From: Diploschistes diacapsis
Lineage: Eukaryota
Assembly (NCBI GenBank): GCA_023645945.1
Contig: JALAIB010000057.1
Span: 1 to 38,366, forward strand
Length of the DNA: 38,366 bases
Reading direction: 5' to 3'
The notes beneath the pieces are model-generated. The model saw nothing but the letters and a program-made list of their open reading frames with translations. It ran no database searches and was not told where the DNA came from. A program made the position numbers and the translations under genes. Shown piece after piece: positions 1 through 10,007 of this stretch (positions within the stretch are counted from its first letter, which is position 1; each line of letters opens with the position of its first letter).

Positions 1-280
1 GAGGAAAGAAAGATAAAATAATACATAAAATTAGGCTTTAATAGCTATAAATAAAAAATAAAGGAGAAATTTCTTCGAACTTTAATTCAATATATAAACT
101 AAATATAAACAAAAACTTATTATTAGAACTTAAATTATTCTAAGATTAATCGTTTAATCGTTACTACCATTTATTAATATTAACTCAAATTAATTTATGA
201 AATAAAGATGTCTTTTAAAAGCTATAACTACTATCGAGCTCTTTATAGCTACCATTATAACTACTAAACGGGTAGATACT
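1..280. other. AT-rich, TpA-rich window edge; possible RIP-degraded repeat or transposon relic
   Basis: Visibly very AT-rich (many TAA/TAG/TATA), then an abrupt change to ordinary composition near 285. No transposon protein motif is recognisable, so the RIP interpretation is inference. Confidence 0.4.
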
Positions 281-1111
281 TAATGGCATCATGTCCTATG
301 GCGTCACAGGCGACGCTAGCGAGGGCAGGGACAAGCGAGCCCAGCAAGAACAAGCGACTCTCCCTAGTAGCACTATAGCTACTACATAGGCTCTGCTATT
401 GGGTCTGGGTCCTGAGGGCAGCTTTACCACCAGCTTCATAACATTCTCTTCCAGGTTGAGATTTGGAAGCGGAAACTGTTTCAAGGGATACTCAAAGAAA
501 GGAGCAAAGACCCTAGGAATAGACATGGGTTACTACTATCGCAAGCCTGGGCAGAGGGGTAACGGGTAAAATGCCATTCCCGCGTTGGTACATTCTCGGC
601 ATAGAAATGTTGGGCGAGTCAGTGATATGACAGGTCCGGATGCAAGTTACGCCGCTTTGGCCCTTAAGTAATTTGGTGATTAGCAGTTCGGTCATTTTCT
701 GACCACTTGTGGGGACCAAACTACTTAACCAACTGGATAGAATCAATGGGAACTTTCATTACACGATTACTAATCCAAAATTTCACCTCGGTGGATACCG
801 GTCTATACAGAGCAGCTAAAATAGGGTTGTGACAACGCTTAGAGGTATATAGCTATATAACCTTAAGCCTGGTGGTACCTTAGCGAACCGCTTTTTCCAA
901 CGCCTTTTCTATATGGTCCCCTGGTACACTTCAAACCCAGAAAACCACAGGTACTAAAAAAGCCGCCCAATGACAATTACCTATTGACCTAACACGAGGC
1001 ATCCGGATGAACTATGGTTGTACCTAGATAATAGTATGGGTGTCAAAGTAAAGTGTGCCAAGATGCAGAACTTGAAATGAGCGCAGGGACTGAAATGTTC
1101 CCTGATTGGAT

Positions 1112-1118
1112 GGCTAAA
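1112..1118 (+). promoter_or_regulatory. XlnR/Xyr1-type binding site GGCTAAA upstream of the beta-xylosidase
   Basis: Exact GGCTAAA about 380 bp upstream of the ATG at 1496, next to an inverted CCAAT (ATTGG 1105-1109). It fits the known xylanolytic activator consensus and the identity of the gene. Confidence 0.55.
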
Positions 1119-1182
1119 TTGATTTCGGCCGCAAGCCCGGATCCTCAAGTTGTTTCTTACCAGTCTTTCCAAATCCAACTTT

Positions 1183-1428
1183 CCCCGCAACGTCGATCAG
1201 GAACAACTGAAGCATCATCAACGGGCTCCTAAGCTTCAAAGAAACGCCTCCGTACTTTTGCAGGCAGGCAGCGACCACGTCATTTCCCATTGGGACAGTA
1301 GAACCTCCTTCCAATACGATCATTGTGATGCTTAAGATGGATGCGGATCACTGCAAGATATCCCCGCACAATGAGGCCCACTGTTGTCAGTGGTGCAAGC
1401 ACGCACAAACACTTGAATCTGTATAAAA
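1183..1428 (+). promoter_or_regulatory. Core promoter of the GH3 gene: two CreA-type SYGGRG sites (minus strand) and a TATA box
   Basis: CCCCGC (GCGGGG on the minus strand) at 1183-1188 and 1362-1367; TATAAAA at 1422-1428, about 70 bp before the ATG. These motifs are short and could occur by chance. Confidence 0.4.
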
Positions 1429-1495
1429 GGCGAGTTATAACCAGGTGGGTATTCTCCAAGATATCGCCATCTGCACTAGTTTCGGACACTTTGTT

Positions 1496-4060
1496 ATGGC
1501 TCGGTTCTGGGTCTTGTCTGCCGCAGTTGCGTCGCTGCATCTGACGACAGCAGCCTTTCCCGATTGTCAGAATGGCCCGGAAATTCTTCGAAGCAACGCG
1601 GTCTGTAATATTTCTGCTCCAGCGAGCGAGAGGGCTGCTGCTATTGTCAGCTTGATGACCATAGCAGAGAAGATCAACAACACCGGAAAGTATGGAGGTG
1701 GCCACCTCTGATGAGCATAGGTGCTAAGAATTCATAGCACGAGTCCAGGAGTACCTCGTCTTGGCCTCCCTGCTTATCAATGGTGGAGCGAAGCTCTTCA
1801 CGGAGTAGCTGAGTCTCCGGGCGTGAATTTTTCCTCTAGCGGCAACTATTCCTATGCCACCAACTTTCCGGAGCCGATTTTGATGAGCGCTGCCTTTGAT
1901 GATGACTTGATACATGCAGTTGCCACCGTCGTGAGCACTGAAGGTCGAGGTAAGAGGTGTTTACCGCATTAAATCACAAGCGAGACTGAATCAGCAAGCA
2001 TTTAACAATGCCAATCGATCTGGCTTAGATTTCTGGACACCAAACGTGAATCCCTTCAAAGACCCCCGGTGGGGGAGAGGCCTTGAAACTCCTGGAGAGG
2101 ACCCCTTTCGTATTCAGAACTATATCAAGAACCTGATTGCTGGTCTACAGAGCGGAGAAGATGCTGAAATACTCAAACTTGTTTCGACATGCAAGCACTT
2201 TGCTGGCTATGATCTCGAGAACTGGGAAGGTATAACCCGCTATGCATTCAATGCCATCATATCAACTCAAGACCTGGCTGAATACTATCTTCCGCCTTTC
2301 CGACAGTGTGCGCGAGACTCCAAGGTTGGCGCACTGATGACAAGCTACAATGCTGTCAACGGAGTTCCCTCGAGCGTAAACAAATACCTCGTTCAGGGTA
2401 TCTTAAGAGGTCACTGGGGATACACAGACAACACAACGATGTCTGATTGGATAACTAGCGACTGTAAGACCAGGGAGGCTCCTCTGAGATCAAAACCGGT
2501 CGGCTAATAAGCACCAGGTGATGCGGTAGCTAATGTTTACAATCCTCATAACTACACTAGCACCTTGGTGGAAGCCGCTGCAGATGCCATTCAGAACATT
2601 GAGCTAGACTGCGGAACGACATTCCCACAGAACCTTCCAAGTGCATACCAACAAGGCCTTTTTAACGAGAGCTATCTGAATTCTTCTCTGCTTCGGCAAT
2701 ACACTTCCCTGGTCAATCTTGGATACTTCGATCCTCCAAGTGCTAGCCCGTATCGCTCTATCACCTGGGACAGCGTCAACACACCCGCTTCTCAGCGGCT
2801 TGCTTACGAAGCAGCTGCCAGAGGGATTACACTGCTGAAGAATGACGGGACTCTCCCGCTTCAAGTTGGAAGCAACTTTAGCATTGCACTTATTGGCGGA
2901 TGGGCGAACGCAACCATGCAGATGCAAGGTGAGCTCGCAGCTCTACCGAAAGGATTTATACCCTTAAAGCTGACTCGAAAAAGGCAATTACTACGGGATT
3001 GCACCGTTCCTGCACAGTCCTCTATATGCGGCACAGCAGCTTAGTTCCAAGGTGAATTATGCTCCCGGACCAATTGCCCAGGCATATGGGTCGAATTATT
3101 CCACGCCAGCTCTGCAGGCGGCCGAAGAATCCGACATAATTGTATATGTTGGAGGCATCGACATTACAGTTGAGGCCGAAGGCATGGATAGACTTAATAT
3201 TAGTTGGCCGGCCGGGCAAGTCGAGCAGATTAACCAAGTGTGCTCACTCGGTAAGAAGTGCATCCTGGTACAAATGGGTGGTGGCCAGCTTGACGATACT
3301 GCCTGGCTCAACAACAAAAACATCTCAGCCATTTTGTGGGGAGGCTACCCAGGCCAGGATGGTGGGACTGCTATAATTGTGAGCTCGGCTCGCTAATGGC
3401 GTACCGACGCACTTCTGATTTGCGATGCAGGATAGCCTACTCGGCAAATACCCTCCAGCTGGACGGCTGCCGGTAACTCAATATCCTGCGAACTACGTGA
3501 GTGAGGTCCCGATGACAAACATGAGCCTGCGACCAGGCACTGGCAATCCAGGGAGAACATATAAATGGTTCTCAGAACCCATATTACCTTTTGGGTACGG
3601 GCTCTCCTACAGTGCTTTTAACACCTCGTTCAACACGGCAGCCACATGCTCATTCAGTATCCGATCCCTGCTGTCCGGCTGCACTCAACCGCACTTGGAC
3701 CTCTGCCACTTCTCAAACTTCACGGCTACAGTGAAGAACACTGGTAAGGTAACCACAGACTACGTTGCCCTCGCATTTGTTTCAGGCCAGTACGGTCCAG
3801 CACCTTATCCCATCAAGCAGCTCGTTGGATATCAGCGATTGTACAATGTGACAGCAGGTAGCACGCGGACGGCGAGTTACGGGCTCAGTCTAGGCAATCT
3901 GGCACGAGTGGATCAGAAGGGAAATTCGATCCTCTACCCTGGTACCTATTCGCTGCTGCTCGACGTGCCAACACAGTCGACACTCAACTTCACGCTAACT
4001 GGGTCGCAAATGGTGCTGGACCATTTTCCTCAGCCGCCTGTTAACGAGAGCATGGTCTGA
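1496..4060 (+). CDS. bxlB: Secreted glycoside hydrolase family 3 beta-xylosidase (exo-1,4-beta-xylosidase, bxlB-like)
   Basis: Exons 1496-1689, 1738-1949, 1999-2463, 2518-2928, 2984-3378, 3431-4060 join in frame across GT..AG introns. Signal peptide MARFWVLSAAVASLHLTTAA. Family motifs FPDC, RLGLPAYQWWSEALHGV, WTPNVNPFKDPRWGRGLETPGED, CKHFAGYDLE, nucleophile TSDCDAV (split by intron 3), EAEGMDR, WGGYPGQDGG, GRLPVTQYP, FGYGLSY, and a C-terminal Fn3-like domain. Confidence 0.95.
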
Positions 4061-4734
4061 AGGGCACCTCACCACTAGTATATACCGCATATATCATATT
4101 TCTTGGCACTGTAACCGGGCCGAGGTTGTGCCGGTGCTGTGCCCCGAGTGACAAGCTCAACATCCATGTGGCTCATGTGGCTGATTCCGCTAGTGGCTGT
4201 AGATTGCCCTCCAGCCCCACCATTTTCTCTTACCTCGCCCTCGTTCTCATATTTCCCAACCCCCCCGCCAACAGACTTCTATCCATCGCATAGTCGACCG
4301 TATTAATATCTAACGACCGACTCCACTGGCCAGCTTGCCTTCAATTCTGTTTTCATTGCTGTATTCGTACTTGCGCGCATTCCTTTTCGCCCCTCCTACC
4401 TTATACCTCCAGCTGTTTCTCGCTTACGGACGTCATCGTTGACCTCGTTTGTAATCACGCTATCAAGCTCAGCTACAGTGACTTGTAACCCACCGCTATC
4501 GTGCTCACTGAGTGCCGGAGCATTGCTATTCCTTCTACTTCCATTCTAGGCTTGTCTGTCTTATCCGAAGAACATCCCTACTTCTGAAAGATACAGCCAC
4601 GGTCGCAGCAAACAGGGAACATCGAAACAACCCACCTGTCCATTCCTCACCTTGCGCCGCGCTCACTTCTCCAGTCTTGGATCATCAATCACACCTGCGC
4701 AAACAGTCGCCTTAGCATCCAAGGCACGTTCGAT

Positions 4735-5436
4735 ATGCTGGGAGGATTCCTCTTCGGCCTCTTCAGGGTCTTCGAGCTCGTCACCCTTATTCCCACCATC
4801 GGCATGCTCGCTTACTTTGTCAACGGCTATGTAAACGCAAATCAACTGACCCCCAACTACATCCTCGTCCTCTTCATCGTCACTACACTCGCCGGTGCCT
4901 GGGCCCTTGCCACCTTGTTCCGAATGGACTCAGTCCGCCGAAACGCTCCTTTTGTTGCTTTCATCGACCTTTGCTTCGTCGGCGCCCTCATTGCTGGGGT
5001 GTACTTTTTGCGGGACATCACACAGTACAATTGCGTCAATCTCATCGGCTCAATCACTTCCTCGGGCCAGTTTGGAGCCGGCAGCAGCTCCGGCTCCGCC
5101 TATATTACTTGGCCAAACATTAACTTCAACGGTCCCGACGGCAACTTTGACAAGACGTGTGCCATGCTCAAGGCATCCTTTGCCTTCGGCATCATGAACT
5201 GCATGTTCTTCGCCGTGACGACTCTGCTAGCGTCGTTGATCCACAGGAAGGAACGGGCCGTCGTTGTGGAGAAGACGTACTCGCGGCGAGGGAGCCACTC
5301 GTCTCGGTAAGTTGGGGAGAGGGGGAGGGATCTCAACTGCTTTCAAAGCTTTGCTGACATGTGATACAGCCGTGGCCATAGCTCCCACCATCGTCGCAGC
5401 AGCTCGAGGGACAGTAGGCGCAACTATTATGTCTAG
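4735..5436 (+). CDS. Four-helix membrane protein, MARVEL-domain-like conserved fungal protein
   Basis: Exons 4735-5306 and 5370-5436; intron 5307-5369 (GTAAGT..GCTGAC..CAG). Four hydrophobic helices, a loop Cys pair (YNC..KTCAMLKASFAFGI) and a basic Arg/Ser/His-rich tail ending RRNYYV*. Confidence 0.8.
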
Positions 5437-6257
5437 GTTGCTCCATTCGACCCCCTAGCCCATGCGCCCAGACCAGACGTTGCGGACGGGGATGAGCAAA
5501 GGGGTAAAAGATGGTGTGAAATATGTGTCATTCACTTTAGCTTTTGTTATTATGTTAGGGGATTTTTCTAGCGGGATGCGTTTCTCGGACCTTGTGATGA
5601 TATTCCCGGTGTCCATCAGGATTGGGTACTACGCACCACATGCGCGAAATGCTTGGTTTGCTTAGGAAATCCTATCAGCCGTGGGAAGAGTGTCCATCGT
5701 CTTCCGAAAGGTTCTCGGACCATGTGGCGAGGAAAGGACAAAGAGGAGGATAGCTCCTTTGGGTTTTTGTACAGTGAATGGTGGAAGAGGCGAATTGGGG
5801 GGGGGAAAGGTGGGATTACGACCGAGATACCAACTCAATTATATGACTCAATGACTTCTCCCTTAGTTCTTACAAAACTAATGAGCACATGAACAGTGGG
5901 TCGTTGTTGATTGACTGAGATGGCTCCGGGACGAACAAAGCTTCCAACGTGTTAGTTAGTGTCTGGAGTTTTATCTTTTAGAATGTTACTGCAAAACTGA
6001 CTAATCGTACTAAATCAAGCCGCCAGCCAAAACAGTCCTCCGCAAAAGAAGGACGACTGGTCGAGACTTTTGGGGAAAGATATAGCAGCAGGAGCATCCC
6101 AGGAGAGCAGTAGGTTCCCCGAAAGCAATAAAGTTGAAAGTAGCAGATTCGAAAAGGTAGTAGTAGAGGTTCGAAAGCGGGATGCGACGCAACAGATCAG
6201 TCGACAATCAACTTCTAGCGGACATAGCACCAGCCCATCGTAGGAATGCCACGTGGC

Positions 6258-7409
6258 TCAAGCACAATCGGCAGAGACATCGAACATCTGCCCCGCCAAC
6301 CAGACCTTCTGAATGGAGCGCGTGTTCCTGATATCTTTCAACGGGTCCGCACCCAGGAGCACCAAATCCGCCCTCATGCCCGGCGCAATAGCCCCCCGAT
6401 CCGGCATCCGCAAATACTTCGCCGGCAGCGACGTCGCCGCCCTCAGCGCCTCCACATTCGACAGCCCCGCGTCCACCAGCAGCTCCAACTCATGATGCAG
6501 ACTCTCGCCAAACACGGGCGACGCGGGCGCCGCGGGCGCATTGTTGCAGTCTGTGCCCGCAAGGATGGGCACTCCGAGCTTGTGCATGGCGCCGACAGCG
6601 GCTTTGGTGTGCACGTAGGCGCCGCCGGACCTGGCCTGGTCGGTCTCTTCCATCATCGTCAGCGTCGGCACGCAGATCCGGCTGTCCGACACCATGCGCG
6701 CGATCGCGCTCATCTCCGTCTTTCCGCCGTCAAGGGCCGGCGCGAGCGGCGCGTGCGTCACGACGTCCACCCCGGCGTCTTGCGCCATCTGGAGGCCTGC
6801 GGGCTGCATGGCGTGCGCGATCGTGAGCATATTGAATTGCTTGGCGGTCGCGACGAGCATGTCTAGCGAGGGCTGGTCGATGCCGCGGGCCGTGGGGCTG
6901 GATGGGTCGGCGAGCATCTTGATGAAGTCGGCGCCTTCGGCCACGCGGTTGGCAACGAAGAGGTGGGCAGCCTCCGGGTCCGGAACGGAACCCTCCGGCG
7001 GCCAGCCAGAGCCGGGGCGCTGATAGTAGGCCGCACAGCCGGCCGAGAAGACGTCGGGCAACCCCGGCAGATCACGCAGAGAGTGGAGCAACTCCGGGGG
7101 GAAGCACTCCATGTCTAGGCAAGTGGTGATACCATATCGGCGGAACTGCTCGAGGGTCTCTTTGTCCTGGAGGTGCACATGGCTGTCGATGAGGCCGGGG
7201 ATCAGGATGCCCCCTTTGCAATTGATGACACGGGCGCCGCGGGGAATGGTGCCGATTTTGGTGCCGTCGATGACAACGAATGTCGGGTGGCTGATTCGAT
7301 TGCCGTCGAAGATTCGAACATTGGTGAGGAGCGATTTCGGATTGTCTTCGGACATGTGCGATCCGGGTGGAATGATCGGACCACGTATGCTATCCACTTG
7401 ACCGGGCAT
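6258..7409 (-). CDS. Metal-dependent amidohydrolase (Amidohydro_1, imidazolonepropionase/prolidase-like fold)
   Basis: Intronless 383-aa ORF; the true start may be the second Met (MSEDNPK, 7355). Motifs: NVRIFDG, LIPGLIDSHVHL (HxH), GITT, GADFIK (carbamylatable Lys), IAHA, VTHAP, ILAGTD, ELELLVDAGLS, ATSLPA, RGAIAPGMRADLVL. Confidence 0.92.
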   Translation of the reverse strand: MPGQVDSIRGPIIPPGSHMSEDNPKSLLTNVRIFDGNRISHPTFVVIDGTKIGTIPRGARVINCKGGILIPGLIDSHVHLQDKETLEQFRRYGITTCLDMECFPPELLHSLRDLPGLPDVFSAGCAAYYQRPGSGWPPEGSVPDPEAAHLFVANRVAEGADFIKMLADPSSPTARGIDQPSLDMLVATAKQFNMLTIAHAMQPAGLQMAQDAGVDVVTHAPLAPALDGGKTEMSAIARMVSDSRICVPTLTMMEETDQARSGGAYVHTKAAVGAMHKLGVPILAGTDCNNAPAAPASPVFGESLHHELELLVDAGLSNVEALRAATSLPAKYLRMPDRGAIAPGMRADLVLLGADPLKDIRNTRSIQKVWLAGQMFDVSADCA

Positions 7410-8539
7410 GTTTGCGAAGACGGCTTGTTCGTGGGAGATAGGGCTCGTAGACTGAAGATGCTGGTAGGAAAAGACCGTCTGAAGATCGATATGTTTAATA
7501 CTCTCTTGGAAATCACGATTGCACAGTGATTAGAACGGACCTCCGAAGATAGCATGCGGGGTTGTCGGATACCCCGTGCATCTTCGGCCACTGATGTTCC
7601 ATCTGAATGGACCGCTTCCTTTCTTTCAACGCAATGTTTCTGCTTACGCAGTCCAGAGAACTCGCGGTCCTCTGGCAGTGCTGAATGTCTGCATGAGCAT
7701 GCAGGAATTATCAGAGCGTAGAAAATAAACGATACGGCAGCACTCATGGCAAAGGTGGCCAGAAGAAGATGCATGGGAAGTAAGCTCCGTTCGGGGACAT
7801 GCTAGTGTGAGCTGAGACAGTTTTTCGTTTAGATCGTTCGTCACTAATCTTCGCCCCCAACGACCAAGATCTTCAGTCACGATCTAATAACACGATTATC
7901 GCTATTATACCCAGTAACCCGCTCGAATGAGGAATCAAGTCTAGTTTCAAATCGTCACGAGTCAATAATTGAAACCTCCAGCAGGCAGCGGCAGCTTCGC
8001 ACGCACGCGATCGTTGTCAGCATCTATTGAGATTGAGACAACCAGGTAGCCTCACCATTTTTCTAACAAGCTTTCGAAGCTGATCTCTTTAGATACCGCA
8101 AACATCTTCAAATCTTTTGAACAGCCATCATGGCCCAAATCAAGCGTCCATTGAAAGAAGGTTCCGTTATAGTCGATACAAATAGAGTCGCCGACATAAT
8201 CAAACAACATGGTATCCTTCAGTCTATTCATTGCGTCCTTACAGCTCAGGTTAGTCTCTCCAGCAAGGTTTTGAAAATCCTTGTTCAAAAACTGGTCCAA
8301 GTGGTCCAAATCCCGCTGTCCAAACAGCTCACATGCGTCCCGTTCGTCCCATTATCGGGGCCAGATGGATATTGTGTTGTTTGATTATGTCGGCGACAGC
8401 GATTTGTATTGACTATAGCGAAACCTTGTTTGGGTGGGCGCTTGGCTTGGGCCATGATGGCATGTTCAAAGGTCAGATTGGAAGATGTGTGTGGCATCTA
8501 AAGAGATCAGCTTCGAAACTTGTTAGAAATATGCTCCTC

Positions 8540-8542
<3 letters not shown>

Positions 8543-8574
<32 letters not shown>
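8543..8574 (+). repeat. (CTG)10 microsatellite
   Basis: Read directly; lies in a bulge of the hairpin's 3' arm. Confidence 0.95.
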
Positions 8575-8575
<1 letters not shown>

Positions 8576-8641
8576 GCTGCAGCCTGCTGGACGCTCGAGC
8601 ACTAAAACTTTTTCAGGTATTGACTCACCTCACTTGATATG

Positions 8642-8670
8642 TCATTCATTCATTCATTCATTCATTCATT
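8642..8670 (+). repeat. (TCAT)7 microsatellite
   Basis: Read directly; lies in a bulge of the hairpin's 3' arm. Confidence 0.95.
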
Positions 8671-9160
8671 CGAGTGGGGGTACTGGGTACTGGATATGGG
8701 GTATAGTATCCCATGTGTTTTTGAATTTGTTAGTAGGTAAGATACATAATCGTGTTATTAGATCATGTATTAATTTAGTACTAACTTAGGTAATAGCGCT
8801 GATTAATGCGCGCCTTTTCCCATCCGTCTTTTCCGGCGAGAGGTAGGGCAAAAGAACCCCCCCAACCCTTTGTTTGTGTGGTGGTGGCGCCGGCAACTAA
8901 TCGGGCGCTAACCTTTGTTTTGGGGGGCCACTTACCTGAAAGTAAGCCATAAACTGCAGGCTGCCACTAGTGCCTATAGATCTACAGAACCTCCCAACAG
9001 GGCTCCGATCTGCAAAAGCAAGCTCCATCAACGTCTTCTACGAACATGTCCGAAGCGTTCCATTCGTACGCATGGGGCCGTCAGAGCTGATAATGCAGGC
9101 CGGTTCTGCGGCAAGCGGGGCCTTTCGAGCACATGCAGCAGCATGACTGGAGTCTGTCTT

Positions 9161-9193
9161 TGCATCTTGCATCTTGCATCTTGCATCTTGCAT
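9161..9193 (+). repeat. (TGCATCT)x~4.7 tandem repeat
   Basis: tgcatcttgcatcttgcatcttgcatcttgcat read directly. Confidence 0.9.
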
Positions 9194-10007
9194 ACAAAGT
9201 ACGAAATACGAAGTAGTAGCCCCCGAAATGGAGGGTAGCACCCGCGCTGGTCGACACCACAAAAAGCAGGGGGGGGGAGGGGGTTCTTTTACCATATATC
9301 AGACATGCTGAGCATTTTCCTTGTGGGGCAAAACACTCTCTGCTTGTAGGGCTTGTATTGACGCCCGGCTAGCATGGCCTGGTGCTAGTCCTTTATTCCG
9401 GTGGGGGGGATTAGCTTCTGCTGCGCCTCCCCACTTGCACTCCAAGTTCTCCAACCCGGCTCTCCAAATGGATTTTGCTTCCCACAGCGCGCTAGAGTGG
9501 ACGAATCAGGCTGCATAAACTGTGGAGCAGCATCGATGATCTAGGAGAGATTTCCGAAACTCGAAAAGACTTGTCCATCTCACGTTCGGACCGGCTTGGG
9601 CGGAGACGCTTAGTTTCTACCGCGCCAGAAGTGTTGCTGGAACGGTTTCGTACTTACTGGCAATCTCGGGTACCACCAGCCCTGGCTTCTAGTACAAAGT
9701 ATATTCGCCATGCAGCTGGTAGAAAATGTACTTGAGCGAAGGGGGAGAGCTTGGAGACGGGGTTGATCGCGCCTTGTAAAGATGGATGCTGTACTAGTGA
9801 CCCGGAAAGAGTCTCTTTGGTTTTGCTCTTTGAGTATAGCTTTCATTACGCTCTCGCCTCTCTGCTAGCGTTCTAGAACCACTACTTACAGCTATGATAG
9901 CGCGATGAGCCAGGATCATCTTTTCTAACCCTTTCCCTCCGCACCCCAATGCAATTGCGTAGAGATCATGACCTCCCTCCTCCATCGTGGGTGCTAGCTT
10001 CGAACGG

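Larger units (their letters stand above)
7881..8764. repeat. Long, nested, imperfect inverted repeat with six collinear stems
   Basis: Paired segments: 7881-7899/8746-8764 (19 bp perfect); 7908-7930/8666-8689; 7934-7940/8632-8638; 7959-7974/8611-8626; 7977-7986/8582-8591; inner stem ~8056-8217/8367-8533 (~160 bp) around a ~150-nt loop. Confidence 0.95.
7881..8764 (+). ncRNA. Candidate long hairpin RNA / microRNA-like (milRNA) precursor
   Basis: Fold-back geometry. In the inner stem about 10 of 13 transition differences are G:U-compatible for a + strand transcript. Two perfect 23-bp duplexes (8072-8094/8496-8518 and 8187-8209/8375-8397). There is no expression evidence, so function is inferred. 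Confidence 0.5.

Noticed and set aside
296..746. Short minus-strand ORFs beside the AT-rich edge as a transposon or gene remnant
   Set aside because: No recognisable domain in the frames I read, so I cannot support a call.
6258..7409. Amidohydrolase as an OrsB-like orsellinate decarboxylase of the PKS cluster
   Set aside because: Such decarboxylases are ACMSD/Amidohydro_2-type. This protein has the composite beta-sandwich termini and the Lys-bridged binuclear motif pattern of Amidohydro_1 hydrolases.
6246..7774. Long overlapping ORFs (6246-6866 +, 7202-7774 -, 7173-7529 +)
   Set aside because: Antisense or alternative-frame shadows of the GC-rich amidohydrolase, with no family motifs.
8052..8605. 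ORFs 8052-8309 (-) and 8333-8605 (+) share peptide text (ICIDY..LGHDG), suggesting duplicated small genes
   Set aside because: The similarity is the automatic result of the inverted repeat. The arms differ by frameshifting indels and the poly-Leu/poly-Cys comes from the CTG microsatellite.
7881..8764. MITE/foldback transposon interpretation of the inverted repeat
   Set aside because: Disfavoured rather than excluded: I see no clear target-site duplication, pairing is best in the interior rather than at the termini, and mismatches are strand-biased. Genome copy number is needed to settle it.
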